64,000 nucleotides of DNA from Octopus sinensis. Lineage: Eukaryota. Both the position numbers and the translations under genes were made by a program. Below the pieces are notes generated by a model. The model was not told the origin of the DNA. It saw only the letters and a program-made list of their open reading frames with translations, and did not search any database. Of this stretch, positions 41,638 to 54,402 are shown piece after piece. The first letter of the stretch is position 1, and every line of letters starts with the position of its first letter. The stretch spans positions 17,422,001-17,486,000 of the forward strand of contig NC_043006.1 in assembly GCF_006345805.1 (NCBI RefSeq), read 5' to 3'.

Positions 41638-41688
41638 AGATGTACTCGCATAGCAAGTGATTTGATCTGAGATCGTGTGCTGAAACGA

Positions 41689-41968
41689 AAACAATTGCAG
41701 CGTGGAAGGTGTTTGTAAGCCATTTAAGAACACACAAAAGCCGTTCGATTCACTTCAACATTTAAGTTTAATTTTTCAAAATATTTTTGTCGCTAAAATC
41801 CGCGACCTGTTCACTGACAGATGCAGCACGGATTTTTGTCAGTGAACAGGTCGTGGATTTTAGCGACAAAAATATTTTGACAAATTAAACTTAAATGTTG
41901 AAGTGAATCGAACGGCTTTTGTGTGTTTCTTAAATGGCTTACAAACATCTTCCACGCTGCAATTGTTT
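41689..41968. repeat. Long inverted repeat (~130-bp arms, ~18-bp spacer)
   Basis: aaacaattgcagcgtggaagg...ttcactgaca followed by its near-perfect reverse complement. Confidence 0.9.
41835..41884 (+). ncRNA. Hammerhead-like motif with G3-C8 swapped core; inverted twin at about 41775-41818 (-)
   Basis: tttgtca-GUGAACA-g-gtcgt(ggatttta)gcgac-AAAA-ata-UUU-tgacaaa. 7-bp stem I, 5-bp stem II, AAUAUU palindromic stem III. Confidence 0.5.
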
Positions 41969-42223
41969 ATATATATATATATATATATATGGTAAATAAG
42001 AACAAAATGAATAGATATTTCAGGGCATCTGTACATAATTTAATAGCATGGTCATTCCAAAAACAAGTATAATTGCACAACTTAACGAGTAACATTATGT
42101 AAGTTCTAAGTTCATATTATTACAAACCATTCAGGTGATATTCTACCAAACATTTTCCTGGTGATACCTCACCAAATATTTTGGTAGCATATATCTAGTT
42201 GTCTATATATATAGATATATATA

Positions 42224-43270
42224 TGTGGTCTGATCAATAAGTATCCAGACTGTTGCCTTAGTAACGATGCTAAAGCACAGAGAGTGAAGCTGCTTGGCAC
42301 AGATTGTCCTTGCACTCTGCTGTGTATGTGCACTAAGTTTCACTTCTGCTGTTTACAGCAGTGCTTCGAAGGAACGTGTGTAGCGTGTGATCATTGCTTT
42401 GACCATGACAGAGGAAACTGAGCAGAGAATCTGCTTCAAATTTTGCCAAAAGCTTGGCAATACCTGCTCAGAGGCCTACACAAAGTTTCCAAAAAGTTTT
42501 CAACATTCTCTACACAATCAGGAGTGGCTTTGTGGTAAGTAGCTTGCTAACCAACCACATGGTTCTGGGTTCAGTCCCACTGTGTGGCATCTTGGGCAAG
42601 TGTCTTCTGCTATAGTCCTGGGCCAACCAATGCCTTGTGAGTGGATTTGGTAGACGGAAACTGAAAGAAGCCTGTCGTATATATGTATATATATATATAA
42701 GTGTATGTGTTTGTGTGTCTGTGTTTGTCCCCCTAGCATTGCTTGACAACCGATGCTGGTGTGTTTACGTCCCCGTAACTTAGCGGTTCGGCAAAAGAGA
42801 CCGATAGAATAAGTACTGGGCTTACAAAGAATAAGTCCCGGGGTCGATTTGCTCGACTAAAGGCGGTGCTCCAGCATGGCTGCAGTCAAATGACTGAAAC
42901 AAGTAAAAGAGTAATCAAGATCATCTTGTGCAACTGAAACCTGAGTGTCTTTCTGGTCAGCTGAAAGTAGTTTTGGCATAAACTTGACATACATGCATCT
43001 CATACCCAAATCTTCAGTGATAATGGACTGAACTGAACTGAACTGTAACTAATCTGTACATCCTCTGATAACTCACAGATGGTGATTCACAATTTCTCCT
43101 CACAGCTGCATGCACATCTGTGATGTTTTCCTCAGTTCTACCAGTTGTGGGTCTCCCAGAACGTTTGTCAATATCAACTTTTTTTCAGCCATCTTGGAAA
43201 TGTCTGAATCATACGTACACGGCACATACACTCCTCTCCATACATTTTCTGCAACTTTGCATAGGCCTCT
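42224..43270. mobile_element. Mariner transposase N-terminal fragments in opposite orientations, split by a SINE
   Basis: + strand MTEETEQRICFKFCQKLGNTCSEAY (about 42410-42480). Minus strand EAYAKLQKMYGEECM...RSGRP (43270 to about 42915). Confidence 0.65.
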
Positions 43271-43293
43271 TAATCACTATGCCATATGCCCAT

Positions 43294-43530
43294 GAGCATA
43301 TGGCATAGTGGTTAAGAGCACGGGTTACTAACTCCAAGATTCTGAGTTCGATTCCAGGCTGTGATAATAATAACATCGAAAAATACCTTAAGAATGAGAA
43401 CCCAGGTTCGAAATTTCCCCAAGACCCCTGATGAAGGCTGGAGGGTGTATCAGCCGAAACGTTGTGTTAACAATGAACAAGATGAGGACAAATATCCGTC
43501 AAATATAAATAATGTAAATAATATAAAGAA
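43294..43530 (+). mobile_element. tRNA-derived SINE-like element carrying a hammerhead
   Basis: A box TGGCATAGTGG (43301-43311), B box GTTCGATTC (43346-43354), then a linker, the hammerhead and an A/T-rich tail. Confidence 0.65.
43423..43468 (+). ncRNA. Type I minimal hammerhead ribozyme motif inside a tRNA-headed SINE
   Basis: gaccc-CUGAUGA-a-ggctg(gagggtgtat)cagcc-GAAA-C-GUU-gtgtt. Palindromic stem III (ACGU), stem I with one mismatch, predicted cut after 43463. Confidence 0.7.
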
Positions 43531-44398
43531 TATTGTTGTATTTCATGATGGTCATTTTTTTTTTTTGGTCAAATAAACACACACCTTATAGTCGTTCCTA
43601 AACATGTACGCTATATATTCGTTCTTTACTCATTTATTCCTGTAATAAACAGTAATAAATGAGTGAGGAATAAATATATTAATGCATGTGTTTATTTGGC
43701 AAAAAAAAAAAAAAAGAAAACAATCACCATCCTGAAATACAACAATATCTGTTTCAACACACGACTTGACATCGGGAATCTTGCAACACAAATTCATAAC
43801 CATAAAGGTGGCGAGCTGGCAGAAACGTTAGCAAGTCGGGCGAAATGCTTAGCGGTATTTCGTCTGCTGTTACGTTCTGAGTTCAAATTCCACCAAGGTT
43901 GACTTTGCCTTTCATCCTTTCGAGGTCGATAAATTAAGTACCAGTTATGCACTAGGGTCGATGTAATCGACTTAATCCCTTTGTCTGTCTTTGTTTGTCC
44001 CCTCTGTGTTTAGCCCCTTGTGAGTAGTAAAAGAAATAACTATTTCGTCTGCTGTTACGTTCTGGGTTCAAATTCCGCCAAGGTCGACTTTGCCTTTCAT
44101 CCTTTCAGGCTCGATAAATTAAGTACCAGTTATGCACTGGGGTCGATGTAATCGACTTAATCCCTTTGCCTGACCTTGTTTGTCCTCTCTATGTTTAGCC
44201 CCTTGTGGGCAATAAAGAAATAACAAATTCATAAACATAAAAATATAAGAATATTTCTAATAAAAATCTATTGGTCTTTTTATCTATTTGTCTATCTGTC
44301 TATTCATCTGTCTTTCCCTCTCTCTCCTCCTCTCTCTCTCTCTATCTATCTATCTGTCTGTCTGTTGGCCTCCATGTGTGTGTTGTGTTTATTTTCAG

Positions 44399-44531
44399 AT
44401 TTAGTTGGTATTTCTAGAAAGGTTAAGCCAAAATGTAAAAACTTTTCTATAAGAGAGCAACCTATAGCTAAAGGCAAAAAGAAGACAGAGGAGGATTTGA
44501 AGACACGGAATCTTTTGCCACTCCGTGCTGA
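44399..44531 (+). CDS. Putative exon 7 (LVGISRKVKPKCKNFSIREQPIAKGKKKTEEDLKTRNLLPLRA-E)
   Basis: Strong gtttattttcag| acceptor, 133 nt open frame, phase 1-2 using the donor |GTGATA. Alternatively a terminal exon with TGA at 44533-44535. Confidence 0.45.
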
Positions 44532-47500
44532 GTGATAGTATACCCCTTGATTTACTTATCCAACCTATATCAGTATGACAAAAAATGTTAAAATGATGTC
44601 CATGATGATAGCAATGATGTTGATGTTGATGATATGACTGCCAACTGTGATGGTGCTGGTGGTGGTGGGCATGAATGTTCTGTTGCCTTCAAGTAGAAGT
44701 GGAATCAAAACAGCTGACATTGACAAATGTTATTTGTGGAAACCAACATGCTGGTGTATGAATGTTTAGAAGTGGAATATGACGACAAAGACAACAACAA
44801 TAATACAGGCCAGTGTCGTGGCCTCTGTGTGGTCGATCAATTTCCTAGAAATAGCAACCAAATCTCGCTTAAATTACTATCCAACCATCTTTATAAAAAA
44901 GATAAAGACAAGTTCTTATTGGATGTTGTGCTGAGTATGCTCAGGCACAGTTTCTGGGGAAAGGATTGGATGGTCATGGGTGGAATGTCTTTGATCAGAG
45001 GTCTTTCTTTTATCTTTTTTGTTTCAATCCTTAGGCTCAGGCCATGTTGGGGCATCATCTTGAAGAATTTTCTGTCAAATGTATTGACCAATATTATTTT
45101 TTTCTAAGCCTGGTACTTATTCTATTGGTCTTTTTTGCCAAACTGTTAAGTTACGGGGATATAAACACAGCAACACCAGTTGTCAAGCAGTGGTGATGGG
45201 ACAAACACTGACACAAAGACATGTACACATAGATATATGATGGGCTTCTTCCAGTTTCCATCTACCAAATCCACTCACTAGGCTTTGGTCAGCCTGAGGC
45301 TATATTAGAAGACATTTACCCAAGGTGCCACACAGTGGGACTGAACCTGGAACTACGTGGTTGTGAAACAAGCTTCTTACCACACAGCTACCTGGATTTT
45401 TATTTTATTTTTTCATTTTTTTAGGCACAGGTTTGGTTGTGTATGTAGATAAGAAACTTGCTTCACAGTAACTTGATTTGTGGTTCAGTCCCACTGTATA
45501 GTACTTTGGGCAAGTATTTGTTACTATAGCACCAGGCTGACCAATGCCTTGTAAGTGAATTTGGCAAACAGAAAGTGTGGAAGACTATCGTATAGATATA
45601 TGTATTTGTGTGTGTGTGTGTGTGTATGTGTGTGTATTTTTGTGCTTGTGTCCCCCTCCCCTGCACCATTTAACAACCAGTGTTGGTTTGTTTATATCTG
45701 TGTAACTTAGTAGCTTGGTTTAAGTGACCGATAGAGTAAGTACGAAAATTAACAATAAGTTCTGGTAGACGGAAACTGAAAGAAGCCCGTGTATATATAT
45801 ATATATGTATATGTATGTGTGTGTGTATGTTTGTGTGTCTGTGTTTGTCCCTCCAACATTGCTTGACAACTGATGCTGGTGTGTTTACGTCCCCGTAACT
45901 TAGCGGTTTGGCAAAAGAAACCGATAAAATAAGTACTAGGCTTACAAAGAATAAGTCCTGGGGTCGATTTGCTCGACTAAAGGCGGTGCTCCAGCATAGC
46001 CACAGTCAAATGACTGAAACAAGTAAAAGAGTAAAAAGAGAGAATGATAGTCAGATAAACCCTCCAAGGCAGTGCTCCACCGACCGTCGCTGTAATCCAA
46101 CAAATGAAACAAGTAGAAGAAGATTAAGGTTAAAGTATACACCTTTGATATAGATTAATCAATAATACAGATATAATGTTAAACCAGCATGTGATATACA
46201 TGCATGTGTCTATGTATGAGCATGTGTATTTGTACATATGCATTTGTGTATGCGTGTATTCGTGTACATTATAATGATGATATAAACAGTTATGCGCAGA
46301 TGGCTGTGAATCCATTGTTGAAATTCAAAACTAAAGATGCACTTTAATTGTTAATAATTGAAGTGATTGTTTGAAAATACAATAATTTAGCTCGTTTATC
46401 TATTTATTGTTTGTTTCTAATTATGATGTGTTTCATACACTCTTAACTTAACTTGTTTGAATAGTTTAGGCACAAATAAAAGATTGCTTTTCATGTCAAG
46501 ATTCAATAAAAAAAGGATGTGTTGCTTTGTAACGCTTACTTAACTTCCAAGACTGATAATTTGGTCATAGAATGTCCCCATGTGTCTGCAGAATGTAAGA
46601 GTCAAATTGTCTAATGTTTCAATCAATCTTTTAACCCTATTTTGTCAATAATCTAAGTGTTTTCGGAAAAGCAATTCTCAATTTCTGAAGAGTTATGAGG
46701 GTTGATAATCTTGCGTTAAATAGAATAGTTTATCACAGGTTGGCTTTCAAAGACTAATAGGATTTCAGATTGAAGTTGTGAACTTAGGGTTAGAGTTAGA
46801 ATTATCTTGTTAGTTCCACACAATCTGACATGTTGTTCCTCTTAAATGAATGGTCAAGTATTTATTTTATCTGTCCCAGGTAAAAAAAAAAAGAAAAGAA
46901 AAAAAAGCCTAATATATATCTAGGTAGCATTTGAACCTTGGGATCATGATTTTTGAACTTTTTATCATCTTTTATAAGAAAGAATCAGTATCTGACATTC
47001 TTTTTCTTAATAAAACAACTGTCATTAGTAAGCTGGTGTTTGAAACATAAAATCAACATGTAATTTTCACATGTAATTTTAGTTTAGATCACATTAACCC
47101 TTTAGCATTCCTATTACTCTGTCAAAAGTAATGCTTATTTATTCAAATTGTTTTGAATTAATCATACATTATCTTGTAGCTTTGAGATTTTGATGATGTG
47201 ATTGTTTATTTCTAGAATGGCATTGTAGGGTAAGTGTGAGAGGTCTGATCTAGTTAATTTGAACATAAAACTGGTAGAATATTTAGGACAGATATGGCTT
47301 GAAGGCTAAAAATTTGAAATGGGAAGTTTATATCATAGAGATTGGGGTGGTCTCAGATAGGCTGGTATCAAAAAAAGTTAAAAGGTGAAGAAAGGTTATC
47401 AGAACAGCAGTTGTTGCTTTTTAGTATCTACATTATCCTCTCAATATTTTGGTATTGACGCTTTTGATACCAAAATAATGATAAAGTTATTGTTATATTT

Positions 47501-47601
47501 GGGGATGGTCATTTTTTCTTTTTTTTTTTTGTCAATTAAATACACTATTTTTTTTATCTTTACTTTGGTTTTTAGTTATATTATCTTTAGTTTATTTGTC
47601 T

Positions 47602-47644
47602 GTCAAAGTTCTTTTGTCACACGTTCTGTGACCTCATCAGTGAC
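47602..47644 (-). ncRNA. Hammerhead motif with G12 changed to A (probably decayed)
   Basis: Minus strand: gtca-CUGAUGA-g-gtcac(agaacgt)gtgac-AAAA-gaac-UU-tgac. All three stems pair. Confidence 0.6.
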
Positions 47645-50600
47645 TTTCTATCCTATATGTCTCTTCTGGTCTGGTTTGTTCTATTTTAAAAACTAAAGTG
47701 AAGATGGAATAAATAGTGTATGTGTTTAATTGGCATCCCCTCACCCTCCCCACAAAAAAAAATTACCATCCCCAAGTATAACAATATCTGTTTCAACATA
47801 CATGTTCACATGAAGAATCTTACAAAACAAATACATAATTGTAAATTCGAAATTATTTTATTAAATTCCTCAATATTTTAAAAATTTATCAAAAGAATGG
47901 CAGTGTATTTTAACTGAAACATGGTAACAAAAGGGTTAATTTCAAATTTATCGATGATAACCCCACACACCCCTTCCACTCCACCCCATCATTGACAATA
48001 GATTGACAATATAATACATCACATTATTCTACTGGTGCACAGACAATTGCCTAAAACGTCATCTTTACAAAACTAGCTTTGTGTCTCTAATTAAAAGATA
48101 GTATTTTAATTCTTAATAAAAGCCAACTAAATAATAAAATGTTCTGTTCTAATATCATATCTAAGACTCACATGAGAGGAGATAGGAAGTTGCGATGACT
48201 GTTTTTCTTAATATGTAAATGAAAACCAAATTTCAGTTATTTGTAGCAAAAACACAATGGTTTTTTTGGGTTTTTTTGTTACAAGTGAATATTGATTTTA
48301 ATTATAAATATCGTTGCTGAAAACTGAGTATTCATGTTCAAATGAAACACCTCTTTGAACATGAGTGTTTGGTATTGTGTCACTGGAAAAATACTATAAT
48401 TTCATTACAAGTTGTTTGATAAAATTTAATACAAAGTTAACAGTGTGATACAGACCGGCATAATAAGTTATATTAACAGAGTCTCATATTAATAAGATTT
48501 GATTATAAAATCACCTTCATGAAATTTTTTGATGCGATGTTTATATGACTGAGATCTATTGAACCTTAGTGTGTGTGTGTGTGTATGTGTGTGTGTGTAT
48601 GCATGTGTGCGTGTACACACACACGCATATAATTATTAAAGAAGACAAGAAACGTTAAGGCAAGGCAAACATCTCAAGTCATACATTATTATTATTGGAA
48701 AAAACTCAGTCTTACAGCTGTTTCTGAGATATCCCAGAGTATAGGATTTTATGTTAATAGAGGCGAATAAAAAAAAAAACAGAAGAAACTGAGAAGGGTA
48801 TAGATTAATGAAATGAAAACAAAGGGGACAGGAGTAAAGGAATAAGGAGATGAAGAGAGAGAAGAAAAAAGAAGCATAAAATTTCACAGTTCAACTGTCT
48901 TAACATTTGTTGTCCTCTTTAACAATTATATATCCGCTATATCAGAAATCTGTGATGGCTCCCTACCATCTCAGCTATACAACCTTGGAGCCTTAATAAT
49001 CTGTTACAGCACTTACCTAGCATACCTAATCATTTAGATCACCTGTGAACTAAACCCCCATACTTTGTGTGTGTGTATATATATATACATATATATATAG
49101 GCTTTGGAGTGGCTGTGTGGTAAGTAGCTTGCTTACAAACCATATGGTTCCTGGTTCAGCAGAATTTGAACACAGAATATAGCGACTGGCAAAATATTGC
49201 TAAGTGTGCTTATAATTCTGTCAGTTCACCGCCTTAATAATAATGATAATGATAATAATAATCCTTTCTACTATAGGCACAAGGCCTGAAATTTGTGGAA
49301 GGGGAATAGTTGATTACATCAACCCTAGTGTTCAAATGATACTTATTTCATCAACCCCGAAAGGATGAAAAGCAAAGTTGACCTTGGCAGAATTTGAACT
49401 CAGAATGTAAGGCAGACGAAATACCTATTTCTTTACTACCCACAAGGGGTTAAACACAGAGAGGACAAACAAAGACAAACAAATGGATTAAGTCGATTAT
49501 ATCGACCCCAGTGCGTAACTGGTACTTATTTAATCGACCCCGAAAGGATGAAAGGCAAAGTTGACCTCGGCGGAATTTGAACCCAGAATGTAACGGCAGA
49601 CGAAATACTGCTAGGCATTTCGCCCGGCGTGCTAATGTTACTGCCAGCTCGCCGCCAGGTGAAATACCATTAAGCATTTCACTTGGTGTGCTAACGATTC
49701 TGCCACTCACCGCCTTAATGATAATAATAATAATAATTATAATAATAATAATAATTCTTTCTAACTGGAAGCACAAGGCCTCAAATTTGGGGCAGAAATT
49801 AAGTTAATTACATCGACCCCAGTGCGTAACTGGTACTTTCTTATTGACCCTGAAAGGATGAAAGGCAAAGTCGACCTTGGTGAAATTTGAACTCAGAACG
49901 TAGCGGGAGATGGAATACCACTAAGCATTTTGCCCAGCATGCTAACAATTCTGCCAGTTCGCTGTCTTAATGATGATAATAATAATGATGATGATGATTT
50001 CTTTATTGACCACATTAAGGACAATACAGCAGAAACCGTTGAGTTTGTGTGTGTGTGTGTGTGTGTGTGTGCATGTATGTTATTATGAGGATTTGGGAGG
50101 GTTTCACATTTAAACAGATGTAACGGAAAATAGAAAATCAATAACATTTTAAGAATGAGTATTCCTCAATAGGGATGAGACATTTGAGGGTTAACCCAGG
50201 CCCGACTCACAGCACCAAGCCCCCCTCTATCCCACACTCCCTCTGAATTTATCTTTAGAAATCCAGCACTTAAGTTCTTCATCCAGTTCTGTCTCCTTTT
50301 CTCCTCTCCTCTGTTTCCCTCCTTCTCTCTTTCTCCTTAGCTCTCCTTAGCATCCCACAAGCTCTCCCTAATCTGCACATATTAAGCTGCTGAATTTAAA
50401 ACATTAATTACATCATTTTCATCAAACTAGGAGGATCTACAATGTTTGAGAACACATCTCCTCCTCCTCCTTTTCTTCTCTTCCTCATCTTCCTCCCTCT
50501 CCTCTTTCTTCTTTCCCCCTCTGTTTCCTCTCTCACTCTCCTCTTCCTCCTTCCTATATCACCACTTCTCTCATTTCTAATATCAGATATCCTCTCTCAA

Positions 50601-53600
50601 TGAAGCGATATCCTTTTTAGTATGAAATCTCCTTTTGGTGTGAGATTAAAAATATTTGCAATATCAAGAGTAAATTTTGGATTTATCTATTTCATTTGAT
50701 CTTTTAATTGATTTTCTCATTAAAAGAAAAAAAAAATTTTTAAAGTTGTTTTTACTAATATTATAGTAAAACAGAGCTTTGAAGGATAATTTTTCAGATT
50801 TAGGTAAATTAAGTAATTTCTGATGTTTTGAAAATATAAGACTTACTGGCCCTCATCTCACACCCACTCCCCAAAATAAAACTGGTTGTGTGGTTGAGAA
50901 ATGTGCTTCACAATCACATGGTTTTGGGTTCAGTCTCACTGTGGGACTGTGGTGCACCTTGGGTAAGTGTCTTTTATAAAGAGTAGAACTATGCCTAGTG
51001 AAAAAATTTTCAAGATGGAAACTGTAAGGAAGCTCATCACATATGTATATATACATCATCATCATCCTCACGTAATGTCCATGTCTCATGGACGGCTTGA
51101 CAGGAACTGATTAGCAAGGCTTGGGGCTGCACCAGGATCCATAATCTGTTTTGACTTGGGTTCTATGGTTGGATGCCTTTCCTAATGCCAACCACTCCAC
51201 AGAATGTACTGGGCATTTTTTATGTGATACCATCACAGGTGCATTTTAAGTGGCACCTTGGTTTTAGGATCTCAACTCAGTTGTGGTGGGCAGGTCTTCT
51301 CAAATACAGTAATGCACCATATATCTCAGTCCTCATATATATATACTCTTTTACTCGTTTCAGTCACTTGACTGTGGCCATGCTGGAGCACTGCCTTTAG
51401 TTAAGCAAATCGACCCCAGACTTACAAGGACTTATACTAGGCTTACAAGGTTTATACTTTGTATACTAGGCTTACAAGGTTTATACTTTGTATACTAGGC
51501 TTACAAAGACTTATACTTTGTAAGCCTAGTACTTATTCTATCGGTCTATTTTGCCAAACTGCTAAGTTACAGGGACGTAAACATACCAGCATCGGTTGTC
51601 AAGCAATGTTGGGGGGGACAAACACAGACACACAAACATGCACACACACACACACACACACACATATGACAAGCTTCTTTCAGTTTCCGTCTACCAAATC
51701 TACTCACAAGGCTTTGGTTGGCCCGAGGCTATAGTAGAAGACACTTGCCCAAGGTGCCACGCAGTGGGACTGAACCCGGAACCATGTGGTTCGTTAGCAT
51801 ACACACACACACACATATATATGTAACATCTCTGCGTATGATTTTTGTTTCCTTCATCCTTTGACAACCGTTGATGGTTTGTTTACATCCCTGTAACTTA
51901 GCAGTTTGGCAAAAGTAACTGATAGAATAAGTACCAGACTTGAAAACGAAAACGAATTCTCGGGCTGATTTGTTTGACTAATATTCTTCCATACAGTGCT
52001 CCAGCATGGCCATAACCCAGTGACTGAAACTAGCAAAAGATAAAAAATAAAAGATAAAAGCATGCATGTGAAAGGAAACTTGATGTTGTAATAACAATAA
52101 AGATTATCACCTTTCCAGTCATCTTCTCCTGATTCAGTTCTCTGACAACATTAATGATGATGAATTTATATATGGAGGGCTATTTTAAAATTCTTCCTCT
52201 CCTCTTGGAGTTCATGGAAATGGTTTAATTTAAATTTCAGATTTAGTTTCAAAAATCTTTCAATCTAAAAAATGTGGTGCAGAAAAAGATAAGAAAAATT
52301 GAATTAGGAAAAGCGCAATACTAATTTTTTTTATATTTCTTATATTTTTGAAATTTTTTTTTTATCATATCCTCCAGTCATTGTTGTTATCATCATAATC
52401 ACCATTCTCCTCACTATCATCATCATCATCATCATCATCATCATTCTTCTTCTTCTATTCTTCTTGTAGGCTAATTAATCTCACAACCAAATCTATTACC
52501 ACAATCTCATTTTAGCCTCTCCTAAATATAATCCTGCTCTTCTTATCTTCTTTCCCCAATCTTTCCAGCCTTGCTCATTCTACATTATATTATCTTCGCA
52601 TAAACTTCACTTGCTCCATCATTCTCTTGCACATCCCCCAAATATATTCTCTTTTACTATTCACCATTCTCGCCAATAAATTGTAATAAAGAATTTTAGT
52701 TACTTTTTTACTCAAAATCTCTTTTCTTCAATCTTTTAAGACCATCTGCAATCTCTATTACACTTTAGGCCTTGTGATGCTCACCTACTTGGAACCACCT
52801 CTGATACAAACTTCCTGTTTTAAACTGATTAATATAGAAACCCATCTTCAAGGTGGAAAACTGGCAGAATCGTTATGCTTAGCGGTATTTTGTCTGTCTT
52901 TACATTCTAAGTTCAAATTCCACTGAGGTCAACTTTGCCCATCATCATCATCACCACCACCACCACCACCATCATCAATAATCATCATCATCATTATTAT
53001 TATTTAACGTCCGCTTCCCATGCTAGCATGGGTTGGACGATTTAACTGAGGACTGGCTGCGCCAGGCTACAATCTGATCTGGCAGAGTTTCTACAGCTGG
53101 ATGCCCTTCCTAACGCCTTTTGCAGTTATCAACTTCAGTAATTTCAGCATTACTACTGCATCTTTCCTGCAGGTGTGTGTGTGTGTGTGTGTGTGTTTGT
53201 GTGTCCGTGTCCATCCCCTTGTTCTGACACTATATGATAGTTGTAAATGAATGTAACTGTAATACAAGCAGTGTCATTCATTCCCAGTATTCTGTGAAAA
53301 CACTGTCTGGCCATGAAGAAATATTACCTTATTTGGAAACAGGTGAGGGTTGGTAGCAGGAAGGGCATAGTTATAGGAAGGAAACACAGCAACACCGGTT
53401 GCCAAGTGGACGTGAGGAACAAAGACACACACACACACACATACATACATACATACATGTATATACATACATGTACATACATACATACATACGTATATTC
53501 TTTTATAAGTTTCAGCCATGCTGGGGCAAGGCTACTTTCAGTTTCTATTTTCCAGATCCACTCACAAGGCTTTGATTGACCCTGAGCTGTAGTAGCAAAC

Positions 53601-53677
53601 ACTTAGCCAAGGTGTCACTGAGCCCAGAACCATGTGGTTGGGAAGCAAACTTCTTACTGCATAACCTTGCCTGCACC

Positions 53678-53731
<54 letters not shown>

Positions 53732-54350
53732 TCATCATATACATACATATATGTATTCATATGTGTCATTGTTTCTATCCCCACACCCCTTGACAACTGG
53801 TGTATGTTTGTTTACATACCCCATAGCTTACTCTTTTGGTAAAAGAATTCATCATCATCATCAGCATTGTTTAACGTCTGCTTTCCATGCTAGCATGGGT
53901 TGGACGGTTTTGACTGAGGGCTGGTGAACCAGATGGCTGCACCAGGCTCCAATCTTGATCTGGCAGAGTTTCTACAGCTGGATGCCCTTCCTAATGCCAA
54001 CCACTCCGAGAGAGTAGTGGGTGCTTTTTACGTGCCACCGGCACAGGGCCAGTCAGGCGGTACTGGCAACGACCTCGCCCGAATTTTTTTACACTTGCCA
54101 CTGGCACAGGTGCCAGTAAGGCGGCGCTGGTAACGATCATGCTCGAATGGTACCTTTTACGTGCCACAAATGTGAGACTTAAAAAAAGAAATTTGCTTGG
54201 GGTGTGATTTGTTCAACTAAAGCCTTAAAATATGTGGCCCCTAGCATGGCCACAGTCCATTACCTGAAACAAGAAAAGAATAAAAATGTAGAGAATATAC
54301 CCAGGAGTAAAGGTCAAGATATTGTCTAAAATAGTTCCTGTTTTCCTTAG

Positions 54351-54402
54351 ATACCAACACATAATTCTGCAAGCAACATTGCAAGAAAAACTAATTTTAG
54401 CA
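54351..54402 (+). CDS. Putative exon 8 (YQHIILQATLQEKLILA)
   Basis: gttcctgttttccttag| acceptor, GCA|GTGAGA donor, 52 nt, phase 2-0. Confidence 0.45.

Noticed and set aside
44468-44571. Frame LKAKRRQRRI*RHGIFCHSVLSDSIPLDLLIQPIS with an internal TGA, tempting as an A-to-I-recoded or selenocysteine stop
   Set aside because: The acceptor is purine-rich and poor, and the overlapping frame has a much better acceptor. There is no evidence for recoding.
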